Source of the DNA: Candidatus Latescibacterota bacterium
GTDB lineage: Bacteria; Latescibacterota; UBA2968; UBA8231
Direction of reading: 5' to 3'
NCBI GenBank assembly: GCA_965248265.1
Contig: CBDFJF010000002.1
Location: forward strand, 3,456,001 to 3,520,000
DNA length: 64,000 bases
The translations under genes and the position numbers were made by a program. The notes under the pieces are model-generated. The model had not been told where the DNA came from and searched no databases. It was given only the letters and a program-made list of their open reading frames with translations. Below are positions 19,699-28,826 of this stretch, in pieces (positions within the stretch are counted from its first letter, which is position 1; every line of letters starts with the position of its first letter).

Positions 19699-20139
19699 AT
19701 GGATCATATTGCAGGCACGGTGGAGCGCGGAGACGGTCGTGGGCGGGGCCTTGGCTTTCCCACCGCCAATCTCAGGATCGACGAGTTGAAGCAGAGCTCT
19801 CCGAGCAGCGGTGTGTACGCCTGTCGTGTCCAGGTTGGTAACGGGACGCCTCTTGATGCAGTGGCCAATATTGGAGTGCGTCCAACCTTCGATTCAGCCA
19901 CCGACAGGATGTCGACCGACACGGGGTCGAACGGCCGCATGCGGCAATCGGACCTACGCGTCGAGGTCCATATCCTGGATTTTTCTTCCCGGGATCTTTA
20001 CGGAGAGACTTTGAAGGTGGAACTGATAGAAAAGCTTCGAGACGAGGAGCGTTTTGCAGAAATCAGCCAGCTAACAGAGCAAATCGAACGCGATGTCGAA
20101 AAGGCGCGCTCGATCCTCAAGGCCGGCAAGCAGAGATGA
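19699..20139 (+). CDS. Monofunctional riboflavin kinase (RibF C-terminal domain only)
   Basis: GDGRGRGLGFPTANL, NIGVRPTF, EVHILDF, LRDEERF; no room for an FAD synthetase domain after truB. Confidence 0.9.
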   Translation: MDHIAGTVERGDGRGRGLGFPTANLRIDELKQSSPSSGVYACRVQVGNGTPLDAVANIGVRPTFDSATDRMSTDTGSNGRMRQSDLRVEVHILDFSSRDLYGETLKVELIEKLRDEERFAEISQLTEQIERDVEKARSILKAGKQR

Positions 20140-20173
20140 TTAACACACGAACGCGATAGAGGGAGCAAAAGCT

Positions 20174-20443
20174 TTGTCGATAACTGGAGAGAGAAAAAAG
20201 GAGCTCGCGGTCAAATTCGGCGGCGGAGAGCAGAATTCAGGATCCTCAGCGGTTCAGATTGCCATAATGTCTGAACGCATCCGCAACCTTACCGAGCATT
20301 TGAAGGTTCACAAGAAGGACTTCGCCACGCGCCGGGGACTGTTACAGCTGATCGGGCAACGCCGAAGGCTCCTCAACTACGTGCACAAAGTGCGTCCAGA
20401 GGATTACACCTCGCTGATCAAGGAATTGGAACTCAGACGGTAG
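20174..20443 (+). CDS. rpsO: 30S ribosomal protein S15
   Basis: GSSAVQIA, HKKDFATRRGLL. Confidence 0.97.
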   Translation: MSITGERKKELAVKFGGGEQNSGSSAVQIAIMSERIRNLTEHLKVHKKDFATRRGLLQLIGQRRRLLNYVHKVRPEDYTSLIKELELRR

Positions 20444-20542
20444 TTGATCACGAGTGCACCGAATTCTAAGGTGCACAGTGGCGGTGCGTCAGGGTCTTTC
20501 AAAATCACCATACACAATGATGGATTTCGGGATTAGGAGAAC

Positions 20543-22627
20543 ATGACAACAAGAGTCGAGATGGAATTAGGCGGTCGCACCCTGTCGATAGAAACAGGCA
20601 AGATCGCCAAGCAGGCACACGGTGCCGCTTGGATTCAATACGGAGATACGGTGGTGCTGGTCACGGCATGCCGTTCAAAATCAGCCATCGACCGAGATTT
20701 TCTGCCGCTGACGGTGGAGTACCGGGAGAAGGTATACGCTGCCGGTCGTATCCCGGGCAATTTCTTCAAGCGCGAGGGCCGCATGGGCGAAAAGGAAACC
20801 CTCAGCGCTCGTCTCACCGACCACCTGATCAGGCCGATGTTTCCCAAAGGCCTCCGGCATGAGGTACAGGTCGTTATAACTGTGCTGTCGTCAGATGGCG
20901 AGAATGACGCTGACGTGTTGGGGATGGTTGGTGCGTCTGCCGCCTTGTGCATGTCCGACATTCCCTTCGCGAGCACCGTAGCCGCCGTGCGGGTGGGCCG
21001 GATCGAAGAGCAGCTGATCGTCAACCCGACGATGAGTCAGCTGGACGCCAGTGATATCGACATGATCGTCGCCGGTACCCGCGATTCGATCGGTACCGTG
21101 GAAGGCGGGGCGCACGAGGTTTCAGAAGAGGATCTGCTGGAAGCGCTGCGATTTGCACACGAGGAGATTCGCTCCATCCTGGACATACAGGATGAGCTGT
21201 TGAGTCAATGCGCCAAGGAGAAGATGCCATACGAGGAAACCAAGGCCAGTGAAGAGCTGCAAGCTGCCGTGGAGGAGTTATTGGCCACCCGTATTACCGA
21301 AGCCAATCACACCACCGATCGCGAGGAACGTCAAGCGCTCTCTGACGCCCTCAATCGCGATGCGCATGAGGCTCTGGACGAGCGGTTTCCAGACGATGTC
21401 CGCCAGATCGACGAGGTGATCTACCAGCTGGTCAAAGCCGATATGCGTAGAATGGTCCTCGAGGAGAAGCGCCGCATCGACGGTCGCGCCCTGGACGAGG
21501 TCCGGCACGTCAGTTGTGAGGCGCCGGTGTTGCCGCGGACGCACGGTTCAGCCCTGTTCGCGCGCGGCCAGACACAAGCCCTGTGCGTGGCTACACTGGG
21601 CAACAAGTTTGACGAGAAGATGATCGACGACCTGCGCGGAAAATCGTTCAAGTCGTACTACCTGGACTACAACTTTCCCGCTTACAGCACCGGGGAAGTA
21701 TCATTTCCGCGTGGGCCCGGACGGCGTGAAATCGGACATGGCCATCTCGCAGAGCGAGCCATTGAACCCGTCATGCCCGCAGTCGATTCGTTTCCCTACA
21801 CGGTCAGACTGGTCTCCGACATACAGGAGTCCAATGGATCGACGTCTATGGCAACGGTGTGTGGTTGTTCGCTGGCCTTGCTGGATGCTGGCGTTCCGAT
21901 TCGCACTCCGGTCACGGCTTCAGGTGTCGGCCTGATATCCGAGGGCGACCAGTATGAGCTGCTCACCGACATTCAGGGCTCGGAGGACTTTCTCGGCGAC
22001 ATGGACCTGAAGGTTGCGGGCACAGTGGATGGCATCACTGCCATTCAGATGGAGAACAAAATCCAGGGCATCAAGATGGAGATTTTGGAGGAAGCCTTCG
22101 TCCGTGCCAAACAGGGACGGACCAAGATCCTGGAGATCATGAACCAGACACTCTCCGCGCCGCGGCCGGAACTCTCGCAGCATGCTCCACGAATCGAGTC
22201 TATCAAGATCGATCCATCCAAGATCGGCGCCGTGATCGGCCCGGGTGGCAAAATGATCAGGGAGATCGAAAAGACGGGTGCCAGCGTCGCCGTCGATGAT
22301 GACGGCACGATAACGCTGTCCTCCGTTGAAGCGACCGCCACTGCAGAGGCCAAGAGTATGATCGAAGCGCTGACTGCCAATGCGGAGATCGGCAAGGAGT
22401 ACAGCGGTACGGTCAAGCGGATCATGCCTTTCGGCGCTTTCGTGGAGATCCTGCCAGGTAAGGAAGGGCTCCTACACATCTCCGAACTCGCCAAGGGGCG
22501 GGTCGAGAAGGTCGAGGATGTCGTGGAGGAGGGCCAGACGATCGCCGTGAAGGTCCTCGAGATCGATAACTCCGGGAAGATGCGCTTGAGTCATAAGGCC
22601 ACGCTCGGAAAGAACGGGGACAGCTGA
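20543..22627 (+). CDS. pnp: Polyribonucleotide nucleotidyltransferase
   Basis: RREIGHG, SNGSTSMA, DFLGDMD, KH and S1 domains. Confidence 0.98.
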   Translation: MTTRVEMELGGRTLSIETGKIAKQAHGAAWIQYGDTVVLVTACRSKSAIDRDFLPLTVEYREKVYAAGRIPGNFFKREGRMGEKETLSARLTDHLIRPMFPKGLRHEVQVVITVLSSDGENDADVLGMVGASAALCMSDIPFASTVAAVRVGRIEEQLIVNPTMSQLDASDIDMIVAGTRDSIGTVEGGAHEVSEEDLLEALRFAHEEIRSILDIQDELLSQCAKEKMPYEETKASEELQAAVEELLATRITEANHTTDREERQALSDALNRDAHEALDERFPDDVRQIDEVIYQLVKADMRRMVLEEKRRIDGRALDEVRHVSCEAPVLPRTHGSALFARGQTQALCVATLGNKFDEKMIDDLRGKSFKSYYLDYNFPAYSTGEVSFPRGPGRREIGHGHLAERAIEPVMPAVDSFPYTVRLVSDIQESNGSTSMATVCGCSLALLDAGVPIRTPVTASGVGLISEGDQYELLTDIQGSEDFLGDMDLKVAGTVDGITAIQMENKIQGIKMEILEEAFVRAKQGRTKILEIMNQTLSAPRPELSQHAPRIESIKIDPSKIGAVIGPGGKMIREIEKTGASVAVDDDGTITLSSVEATATAEAKSMIEALTANAEIGKEYSGTVKRIMPFGAFVEILPGKEGLLHISELAKGRVEKVEDVVEEGQTIAVKVLEIDNSGKMRLSHKATLGKNGDS

Positions 22628-22680
22628 GCCAGCGGTTCGTTTCGACAGCCCGACTATCGGGCAAACGAGTTTGATTGAGG

Positions 22681-22720
22681 AGACTACCGAGGCTTTGTGT
22701 TGAGACTCGGTAGTCTTTTT
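22681..22720 (+). terminator. Rho-independent terminator after pnp
   Basis: AGACTACCGAG/CTCGGTAGTCT stem followed by a T tract. Confidence 0.8.
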
Positions 22721-22792
22721 AGTTTCTGTGAGGGTACGAGAGGTAGCTGGGATAGCTCGAAAATCACAAAGCACAAAAAGGGGTAACAGGCG

Positions 22793-24088
22793 TTGTTCGA
22801 GAAGGCGACAGTAGCAGGGATTGCCAAGTTCGATAGCCAACAAGTCGAGCTCAAAGGCTGGTTGTATAACATGCGCTCCAGCGGCAAATTGCACTTCCTG
22901 CAGCTCAGGGATGGCACAGGCACCATTCAGTGCGTCGTGTTCAAGGGAGATGTTTCTGCGGAGACCTTCCAGCAGTGTGGGGAGTTGACCCAGGAATCTG
23001 CCGTGATCGTTCGCGGTACCGTGAAGGAAGACGAACGCTCCGCCCTCGGGTTCGAAATTGGTGTGAGTGAGGTTGAAAGTGTTGCCCAGGCCGCCGAGTA
23101 CCCGATCGGTCCCAAGAGCCACGGCGTCGCCTTCCTGATGGAGAATCGACACCTGTGGTTGCGCTCAACCCGTCCTCATGCCATCCTCCGCATCCGTGCT
23201 CAAATCCTGGAGGCCTGCAGGGCTTTCATGGCTGAAGGGGACTTCACCCCGATCGATGCCCCCATACTCACACCCGCCGCCTGTGAGGGCACGTCGACCC
23301 TGTTTGAGACGGACTACTTCGGCGACAACGCCTACCTGACCCAAAGCGGCCAGCTCTACATGGAGGCGGCTGCCATGGCCTTCGGCAAGGTCTATTGCCT
23401 GGGACCGACCTTCCGGGCGGAGAAGTCGAAGACCCGTCGCCACCTGACCGAGTTCTGGATGCTCGAGCCCGAGATCGCCTATTGTGATCTCGACGAAGAC
23501 ATGGCGGTCGCCGAAGGACTGATCGCCTACATCGTTGAACGGGTGCTGGATCGGTGTCGGGAGGAACTGAAGGTCATCGAACGGGACCCGGGGCCTCTCG
23601 AGCTGATATCCAAACCCTTTCCACGGATACCCTACGACGAGGCCGTCGAGTCGTTGACGAAGGCCGGTAGTGACATAGAGTGGGGACAGGATCTGGGAGG
23701 GGACGATGAATCGGTTCTATCGAAGCAGTTCGATTCACCCGTACTCATCCATCGCTACCCACAGCAGGTGAAGGCGTTCTACATGAAACGCGATCCGGAG
23801 GATGCAAGGTTAGCCCTCTGCGTTGACGTATTGGCCCCGGAGGGGTACGGAGAGATCATAGGTGGCGGCCAGCGTGAGGACGATCTGGAGACACTGAAGC
23901 GAGGGATCGAAGAGCATGGTTTGCCACGTGAGTCTTTCGAATGGTACCTGGATCTGCGCCGCTACGGATCCGTACCCCACGCTGGTTTCGGTATGGGAAT
24001 CGAGCGTGTGGTAGCCTGGATATGTGGTCTTCAACACGTGCGGGAGACGATTCCGTTCCCGCGGACTTTGCAGCGGATTTATCCGTGA
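22793..24088 (+). CDS. asnS: Asparagine--tRNA ligase
   Basis: [43 protein letters not shown]. Confidence 0.96.
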   Translation: MFEKATVAGIAKFDSQQVELKGWLYNMRSSGKLHFLQLRDGTGTIQCVVFKGDVSAETFQQCGELTQESAVIVRGTVKEDERSALGFEIGVSEVESVAQAAEYPIGPKSHGVAFLMENRHLWLRSTRPHAILRIRAQILEACRAFMAEGDFTPIDAPILTPAACEGTSTLFETDYFGDNAYLTQSGQLYMEAAAMAFGKVYCLGPTFRAEKSKTRRHLTEFWMLEPEIAYCDLDEDMAVAEGLIAYIVERVLDRCREELKVIERDPGPLELISKPFPRIPYDEAVESLTKAGSDIEWGQDLGGDDESVLSKQFDSPVLIHRYPQQVKAFYMKRDPEDARLALCVDVLAPEGYGEIIGGGQREDDLETLKRGIEEHGLPRESFEWYLDLRRYGSVPHAGFGMGIERVVAWICGLQHVRETIPFPRTLQRIYP

Positions 24089-24139
24089 GTGTGTTCGTTA
24101 AGGGGGGCATTCGATGCAGGCAAGGAAGAAAGAGCTGAG

Positions 24140-27100
24140 ATGAGCCAGGTACAAGAAACCAGTCGAGGGGGGGGATATACCTATCGTGAACTCGAGGCCA
24201 GGTGGCGCGAGCACTGGCTAAGTCACAAGACCTTCAAGACCCTGGTGCCTGGCGATGAGGGTTACGATCCAGAAAAGCCGAAATACTACGTCCTCGACAT
24301 GTTTCCCTACGCCAGCGGCACGGGGCTGCACATGGGCCATCCCAAGGGCTACATCGCCAGCGACATTTACTGTCGCTACAAGCAAATGCAGGGATTCAAC
24401 GTGCTGCATCCGATGGGCTTCGACAGCTTCGGATTGCCGGCAGAGCAGTTTGCTCGAGAGAACAACGTCCATCCGGCGCAGGCTACGGAAAAGATCATCG
24501 GGGTCGTTCGCGAGCAGCTCCAGATACTGGGCATGGCGTATGACTGGGACCGCGAGATCGCCACTTCACGGCAGGATTATTACCGCTGGACGCAGTGGAT
24601 CTTCCAACAGCTGTTCCACAGCTGGTTTGATCCTCACCATGAGTGGCAAGATGAGGCAGGCCGTGCCGTCACAGGCAAGGCGCGGCCGGTGTCTGAGTTG
24701 TGCGACGAGTTCTCCACCGGTAGCCGATCTCTGACTGACGATGATCTGCTCAGCGTCAGCTCAGACGCTGACGCGTCAACGCCTCCTGCCTGGAGCTCAT
24801 TGGACGAGGCCCAACGAGCTGCCGTGCTCAACAACTACCGAATCGCCTATCAGAAGGAAGTGACCGTCAATTGGTGCCCGGGACTCGGAACGGTCCTGGC
24901 CAACGAGGAAGTCACGAACGAGGGCAGGAGTGAGCGCGGAGATCTCCCGGTCTACACACGTCCGCTCAAGCAATGGGTGATGCGAATTACCGCGTATGCT
25001 GACCGTCTTCTGGAGGATCTGGTCGCCGTCGGCATGCCAGACGGCAGCGGAGGTACCTACCAGCTCGACTGGCCCGAAGCGATCAAGCTCATGCAGCGCA
25101 ATTGGATCGGACGCAGCACGGGTGCCGAGGTGCTGTTCGACGTGCCGGAGCCGGGGTCAGAAAATGATGAAGTGTTGACCCGCCTGAATGTGTTCACCAC
25201 GCGACCTGATACTCTCTTTGGTGCGACGTTCATGGTCGTGGCTCCCGAGCATCCATTGCTGGACGAAAATGAGCCAGAGTTCGCGGTGCCGACGTCGTGG
25301 CCTGATGGCACCAATTCCGCCTGGAAGGGGGACGATCCCTCGCTCGAGATCCGCGATGCGATCTCTACCTACGTCGAGACCGCCGCCGCTCGCACTGCCC
25401 ATCAGCAGCGTACGGAGCGTGAGAAAAGCGGCGTCTTCACGGGAATCCTCGCGCAGAACCCGGTTAGCGGGGCGATGATACCGATCTTCGTAGCCGACTA
25501 TGTCTCCATGGACTACGGCACCGGAGCTATCATGGCGGTGCCGGCTCACGACGAGCGCGATCACGAGTTCGCACAAAAGTACGAGCTCGACATTGCGCAG
25601 GTCGTGAGTCCGAGGGACGGCGCTGAAGAGAGTGACGCATGTTTCACGGGGGAGGGGATCGCGTGCAATTCCCCCCAGGGTAGTGACAACTCTCCGTACG
25701 AGATCAACGGTCGCCCCACGGCGGATGCAATCGCCCACATCACGGAAGCGCTCGAACGCGAAGAGGTCGGAAGCGCAGCGGTAAGTTACAAACTGCGTGA
25801 CTGGATCTTTTCTCGACAGTGGTACTGGGGTGAGCCGTTTCCGCTGGCAACGCACCCGGATGGCTACTCCGTGTCGACGGAAGTCCCCGTCATCTTGCCC
25901 GAGATGGAGGACTTTCAACCCAAGATATCGGACGATCCAAACCACCCTATCTCACCCCCCTTGAGCAGGGCAGGGAATGAATGGCTGGACGTAGAAGTCG
26001 ATGGCATAGTATGCCGAAGGGAGCTCGACGTTATGCCTCAGTGGGCCGGCTCCTGCTGGTATTATTTGCGTTTTATCGATCCCCACAACAGTGAGACCTT
26101 CTGCGCCGAAGATGCCGAGCGCAGTTTCATGCCGGTCGACCTTTACATAGGGGGAGCTGAGCATGCAGTCCTGCACCTGCTGTACGCGCGTTTCTGGCAC
26201 AAAGCACTGTTCGATCTTGGCCACGTATCGACACCCGAGCCGTTCAGGAAGTATTTCAACCAGGGCATGATCACGGCCGATGCCTTCGCTGACAGCCGGG
26301 GGACGTACGTCGATATCCGCGAAGTTGATATTCGTGACGGCGAGCCGTTCCACTCCGAGACGGATGAGAAGCTCACGCGATTTGCCGGCAAGATGGGCAA
26401 GCGCTACAAGAACGGCCTGCCACCGGAAGAGGTCGGAGCCGAGTACGGGATCGATACCTTACGGCTGTACGAAATGTACATGGGACCACTGGAGGCGAGT
26501 GCACCCTGGAGCATGGAAGGGATTCGTGGCATGCAGCGCTTCCTCCACAGAGTCTGGCGCAACTTTGTCGATCGCGATGGCTCGCCGAAGGTGACGGAGG
26601 AGGGCGCAGAAAACGGTAGTGGCAGCGACTCTGAGGATCTCCCAAAGCTCCTGCACAAAACCATCGACAAGGTCACCGCTGACATCGAGGAGCTGCGCTT
26701 CAACACTGCTATCGCCGCCCTCATCGAGTTCAACAACGCCCTGGTCAGCCGCCAATCGGTGCCCAGAGTGATCGCTCAGGATTTCATTCGACTGCTGGCG
26801 CCCCTGGCACCACACCTGGCCGAGGAACTGTGGGAGCGATGGGGATTCGGATCCGGCGACATCTCGCGTCAAGACTGGCCCGAGGTTGACCGGAACGTTC
26901 TGGTGGAGGAGACCTGTGTATTGCCTGTGCAGGTAAATGGCAAAGTCAGAGCCAGTATCCAGGTCCCAGTCGAAATTTCAGATGGCGAGTTGCGTCCGAT
27001 CGTCCTGGATCTGGAAAACGTGCGCCGGCATCTACCCGACTCAGGCGAAATCAAGCGCTTCATACTGGTGCCAGGAAAAATCGTCAACATCGTGGCCTGA
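24140..27100 (+). CDS. leuS: Leucine--tRNA ligase
   Basis: MFPYASG, HMGH, FTTRPDT, GGAEHAVLHLLYARFW, KMGKR; start set to ATG 24140. Confidence 0.97.
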   Translation: MSQVQETSRGGGYTYRELEARWREHWLSHKTFKTLVPGDEGYDPEKPKYYVLDMFPYASGTGLHMGHPKGYIASDIYCRYKQMQGFNVLHPMGFDSFGLPAEQFARENNVHPAQATEKIIGVVREQLQILGMAYDWDREIATSRQDYYRWTQWIFQQLFHSWFDPHHEWQDEAGRAVTGKARPVSELCDEFSTGSRSLTDDDLLSVSSDADASTPPAWSSLDEAQRAAVLNNYRIAYQKEVTVNWCPGLGTVLANEEVTNEGRSERGDLPVYTRPLKQWVMRITAYADRLLEDLVAVGMPDGSGGTYQLDWPEAIKLMQRNWIGRSTGAEVLFDVPEPGSENDEVLTRLNVFTTRPDTLFGATFMVVAPEHPLLDENEPEFAVPTSWPDGTNSAWKGDDPSLEIRDAISTYVETAAARTAHQQRTEREKSGVFTGILAQNPVSGAMIPIFVADYVSMDYGTGAIMAVPAHDERDHEFAQKYELDIAQVVSPRDGAEESDACFTGEGIACNSPQGSDNSPYEINGRPTADAIAHITEALEREEVGSAAVSYKLRDWIFSRQWYWGEPFPLATHPDGYSVSTEVPVILPEMEDFQPKISDDPNHPISPPLSRAGNEWLDVEVDGIVCRRELDVMPQWAGSCWYYLRFIDPHNSETFCAEDAERSFMPVDLYIGGAEHAVLHLLYARFWHKALFDLGHVSTPEPFRKYFNQGMITADAFADSRGTYVDIREVDIRDGEPFHSETDEKLTRFAGKMGKRYKNGLPPEEVGAEYGIDTLRLYEMYMGPLEASAPWSMEGIRGMQRFLHRVWRNFVDRDGSPKVTEEGAENGSGSDSEDLPKLLHKTIDKVTADIEELRFNTAIAALIEFNNALVSRQSVPRVIAQDFIRLLAPLAPHLAEELWERWGFGSGDISRQDWPEVDRNVLVEETCVLPVQVNGKVRASIQVPVEISDGELRPIVLDLENVRRHLPDSGEIKRFILVPGKIVNIVA

Positions 27101-27148
27101 ACATCAGCAACGGCCGCGCTTTGCCTGGTTATTTTCACAACAAACAGT

Positions 27149-27176
27149 ATGCCTTATAAGTTATTTTATGTCATTT
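27149..27176. other. dif-like 11-6-11 site
   Basis: ATGCCTTATAA-GTTATT-TTATGTCATTT, with inner ATAA-N6-TTATGT as in dif sites. Confidence 0.5.
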
Positions 27177-27352
27177 ACGGTGAAAACGTATGGTCTTTCA
27201 TGCTGAATAAGTTCGGCCTTTCGTTGGCAACGATCGCTGGGTCCTATTCAATGCACAATGTCGCATAAAGTACAACATTATGTAGCGTTTCAGATTGCGA
27301 TCAGGCCTCATCGTTCCGCACGTGACTCTAGCTGCTCGCCTCCGGAATGCGG

Positions 27353-28390
27353 CTACGGGACCCGGATGTAGTCGGAGGCGTTGTCGGTAAGACGCTCACG
27401 GTTCTCGTAATACCGCATCGTCGTTTTCAAGTCCTTGTGTCGCAGGTGCGCCTGGACTTGCTGCGGCTTGGCTCCGCCCTCAATGGATAGCGTGCAACAG
27501 GTGTGCCTGAACATATGAGCAGTTACTTTATGGTCGAGTCCCGCGCGTAGTGCATACTTCCTGGCAATGTGGTTGACCGACTGATCCGAGAGGGGTTTTC
27601 CGTGTGACTGATTGCGGGACAAGCTGATAAAGGCTTTTCCTCCGTTGGCGTCGTATCCGTGAGCCAGCAGGACATCCCGGTATTGTTGTAGGAAATGGAC
27701 GACGACCGATTGGAGTTTGATATCCTGCGGAACACCGGATTTCGTCGTCGGTAGCGACAGTATGTAGAAGGCGCCGTCTTGAGAGAGGTCTGCCCAGGAG
27801 ATATTGGCGACTTCGGAGCGCCGCAGTCCGCCGTAAGTGAGCAGGTACAGGATGGCTTGATCCCGTGCCCGATGCAGTTCATCTTCCTCCTCTTCCACGG
27901 CCTTGAAGATCTGCTGGAGGCGCCTCTGGTCGATGGATTTGCCGGCCAGGGTTTCGTCCACCCGAAAGCCTCTGACAAGCGTTGAATCAGCAGGATTCTG
28001 TTCGATTACCTGGGCAGCGATCATCATCCGGAAAAACGCCTTCAGGCTCGAGAGTTTGCGATTTATGGTCGTGCGTTTGCGGCCGAGAGCCGCAAGGCCG
28101 TTGCGATAGTCTATGATGTCGGTGAAGGTGATGGCACGCACATCTGCCGGGGTTATCCGGTCAGTGTCGAAAAACTCGCAAATATCTGCGTAGTAAGCTT
28201 TTCTCGTTCTCTCAGTGAGCTGACCAGCGAGAAATTGGCCGAGGGGATCTTCCTCGATTTTCCTCAGCGCACGATTCTTCGGTACGCCGTCTTTGGCGTC
28301 CTTTACAACGGCAATTTCCACAGGATCGTGTCCTACTGTCGTAATCGCGGACGGAATGAATCCACTGGGAAGGCTGCACGGGGACGCCAA
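27353..28390 (-). CDS. Xer-type tyrosine recombinase
   Basis: N-terminal core-binding domain (TRKAYYAD, TINRKLSSLKAFF); catalytic GLRRSE, TKSG, HMFRH, LRH, TMRYY; start uncertain. Confidence 0.93.
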   Translation of the reverse strand: MASPCSLPSGFIPSAITTVGHDPVEIAVVKDAKDGVPKNRALRKIEEDPLGQFLAGQLTERTRKAYYADICEFFDTDRITPADVRAITFTDIIDYRNGLAALGRKRTTINRKLSSLKAFFRMMIAAQVIEQNPADSTLVRGFRVDETLAGKSIDQRRLQQIFKAVEEEEDELHRARDQAILYLLTYGGLRRSEVANISWADLSQDGAFYILSLPTTKSGVPQDIKLQSVVVHFLQQYRDVLLAHGYDANGGKAFISLSRNQSHGKPLSDQSVNHIARKYALRAGLDHKVTAHMFRHTCCTLSIEGGAKPQQVQAHLRHKDLKTTMRYYENRERLTDNASDYIRVP

Positions 28391-28646
28391 ATATACAGAG
28401 GTCCTGAAGATTCGTCACTTAAAAACATATCTAAGGACATGAGGAGAATTGCAGAAAGCGGCCGATAAGTGTGGGAAAAGCGTCTATAAGTGAGAAAATC
28501 AGGCTGGCTTTCTTTGGCATCCTTTGGGCGATAACGATCGAGTTGACATTTTCGTTAGTATACTAGATTTAAATTTGCCCTATATAAAGCCACTGAACCT
28601 GTTGCTATTAAATGACATGTGACATTAGGTCTTATCTATACCCTTA

Positions 28647-28674
28647 ACTAACGATAACAAGAATTATCGTTAGT
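28647..28674. other. Perfect 11-6-11 palindrome, candidate recombination site of the adjacent recombinase
   Basis: ACTAACGATAA-CAAGAA-TTATCGTTAGT in an AT-rich intergenic region. Confidence 0.75.
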
Positions 28675-28826
28675 ATAATATTAGTATGGTTTGAGCACTA
28701 ACGGGAGGATTAGAGTCTCTTTCTGACTGCAGGACTCGCCAGCTCGCTTGTGTACATAAATTGAGTTATGCGACACAATGTTCACTCGGACGACCTAGAG
28801 TATGCTTCGGATGCGCTTTGAACTCT

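Noticed and set aside
27353-28826. Integron (IntI with attI/attC cassettes)
   Set aside because: No IntI-specific insertion is evident before the HxxR box, there are no cassette ORFs or attC-like repeats, and the flanks are core genes.
28391-28826. Replication origin in the AT-rich intergenic region
   Set aside because: No TTATCCACA-type DnaA box cluster seen, no dnaA, and the gene blocks converge rather than diverge.
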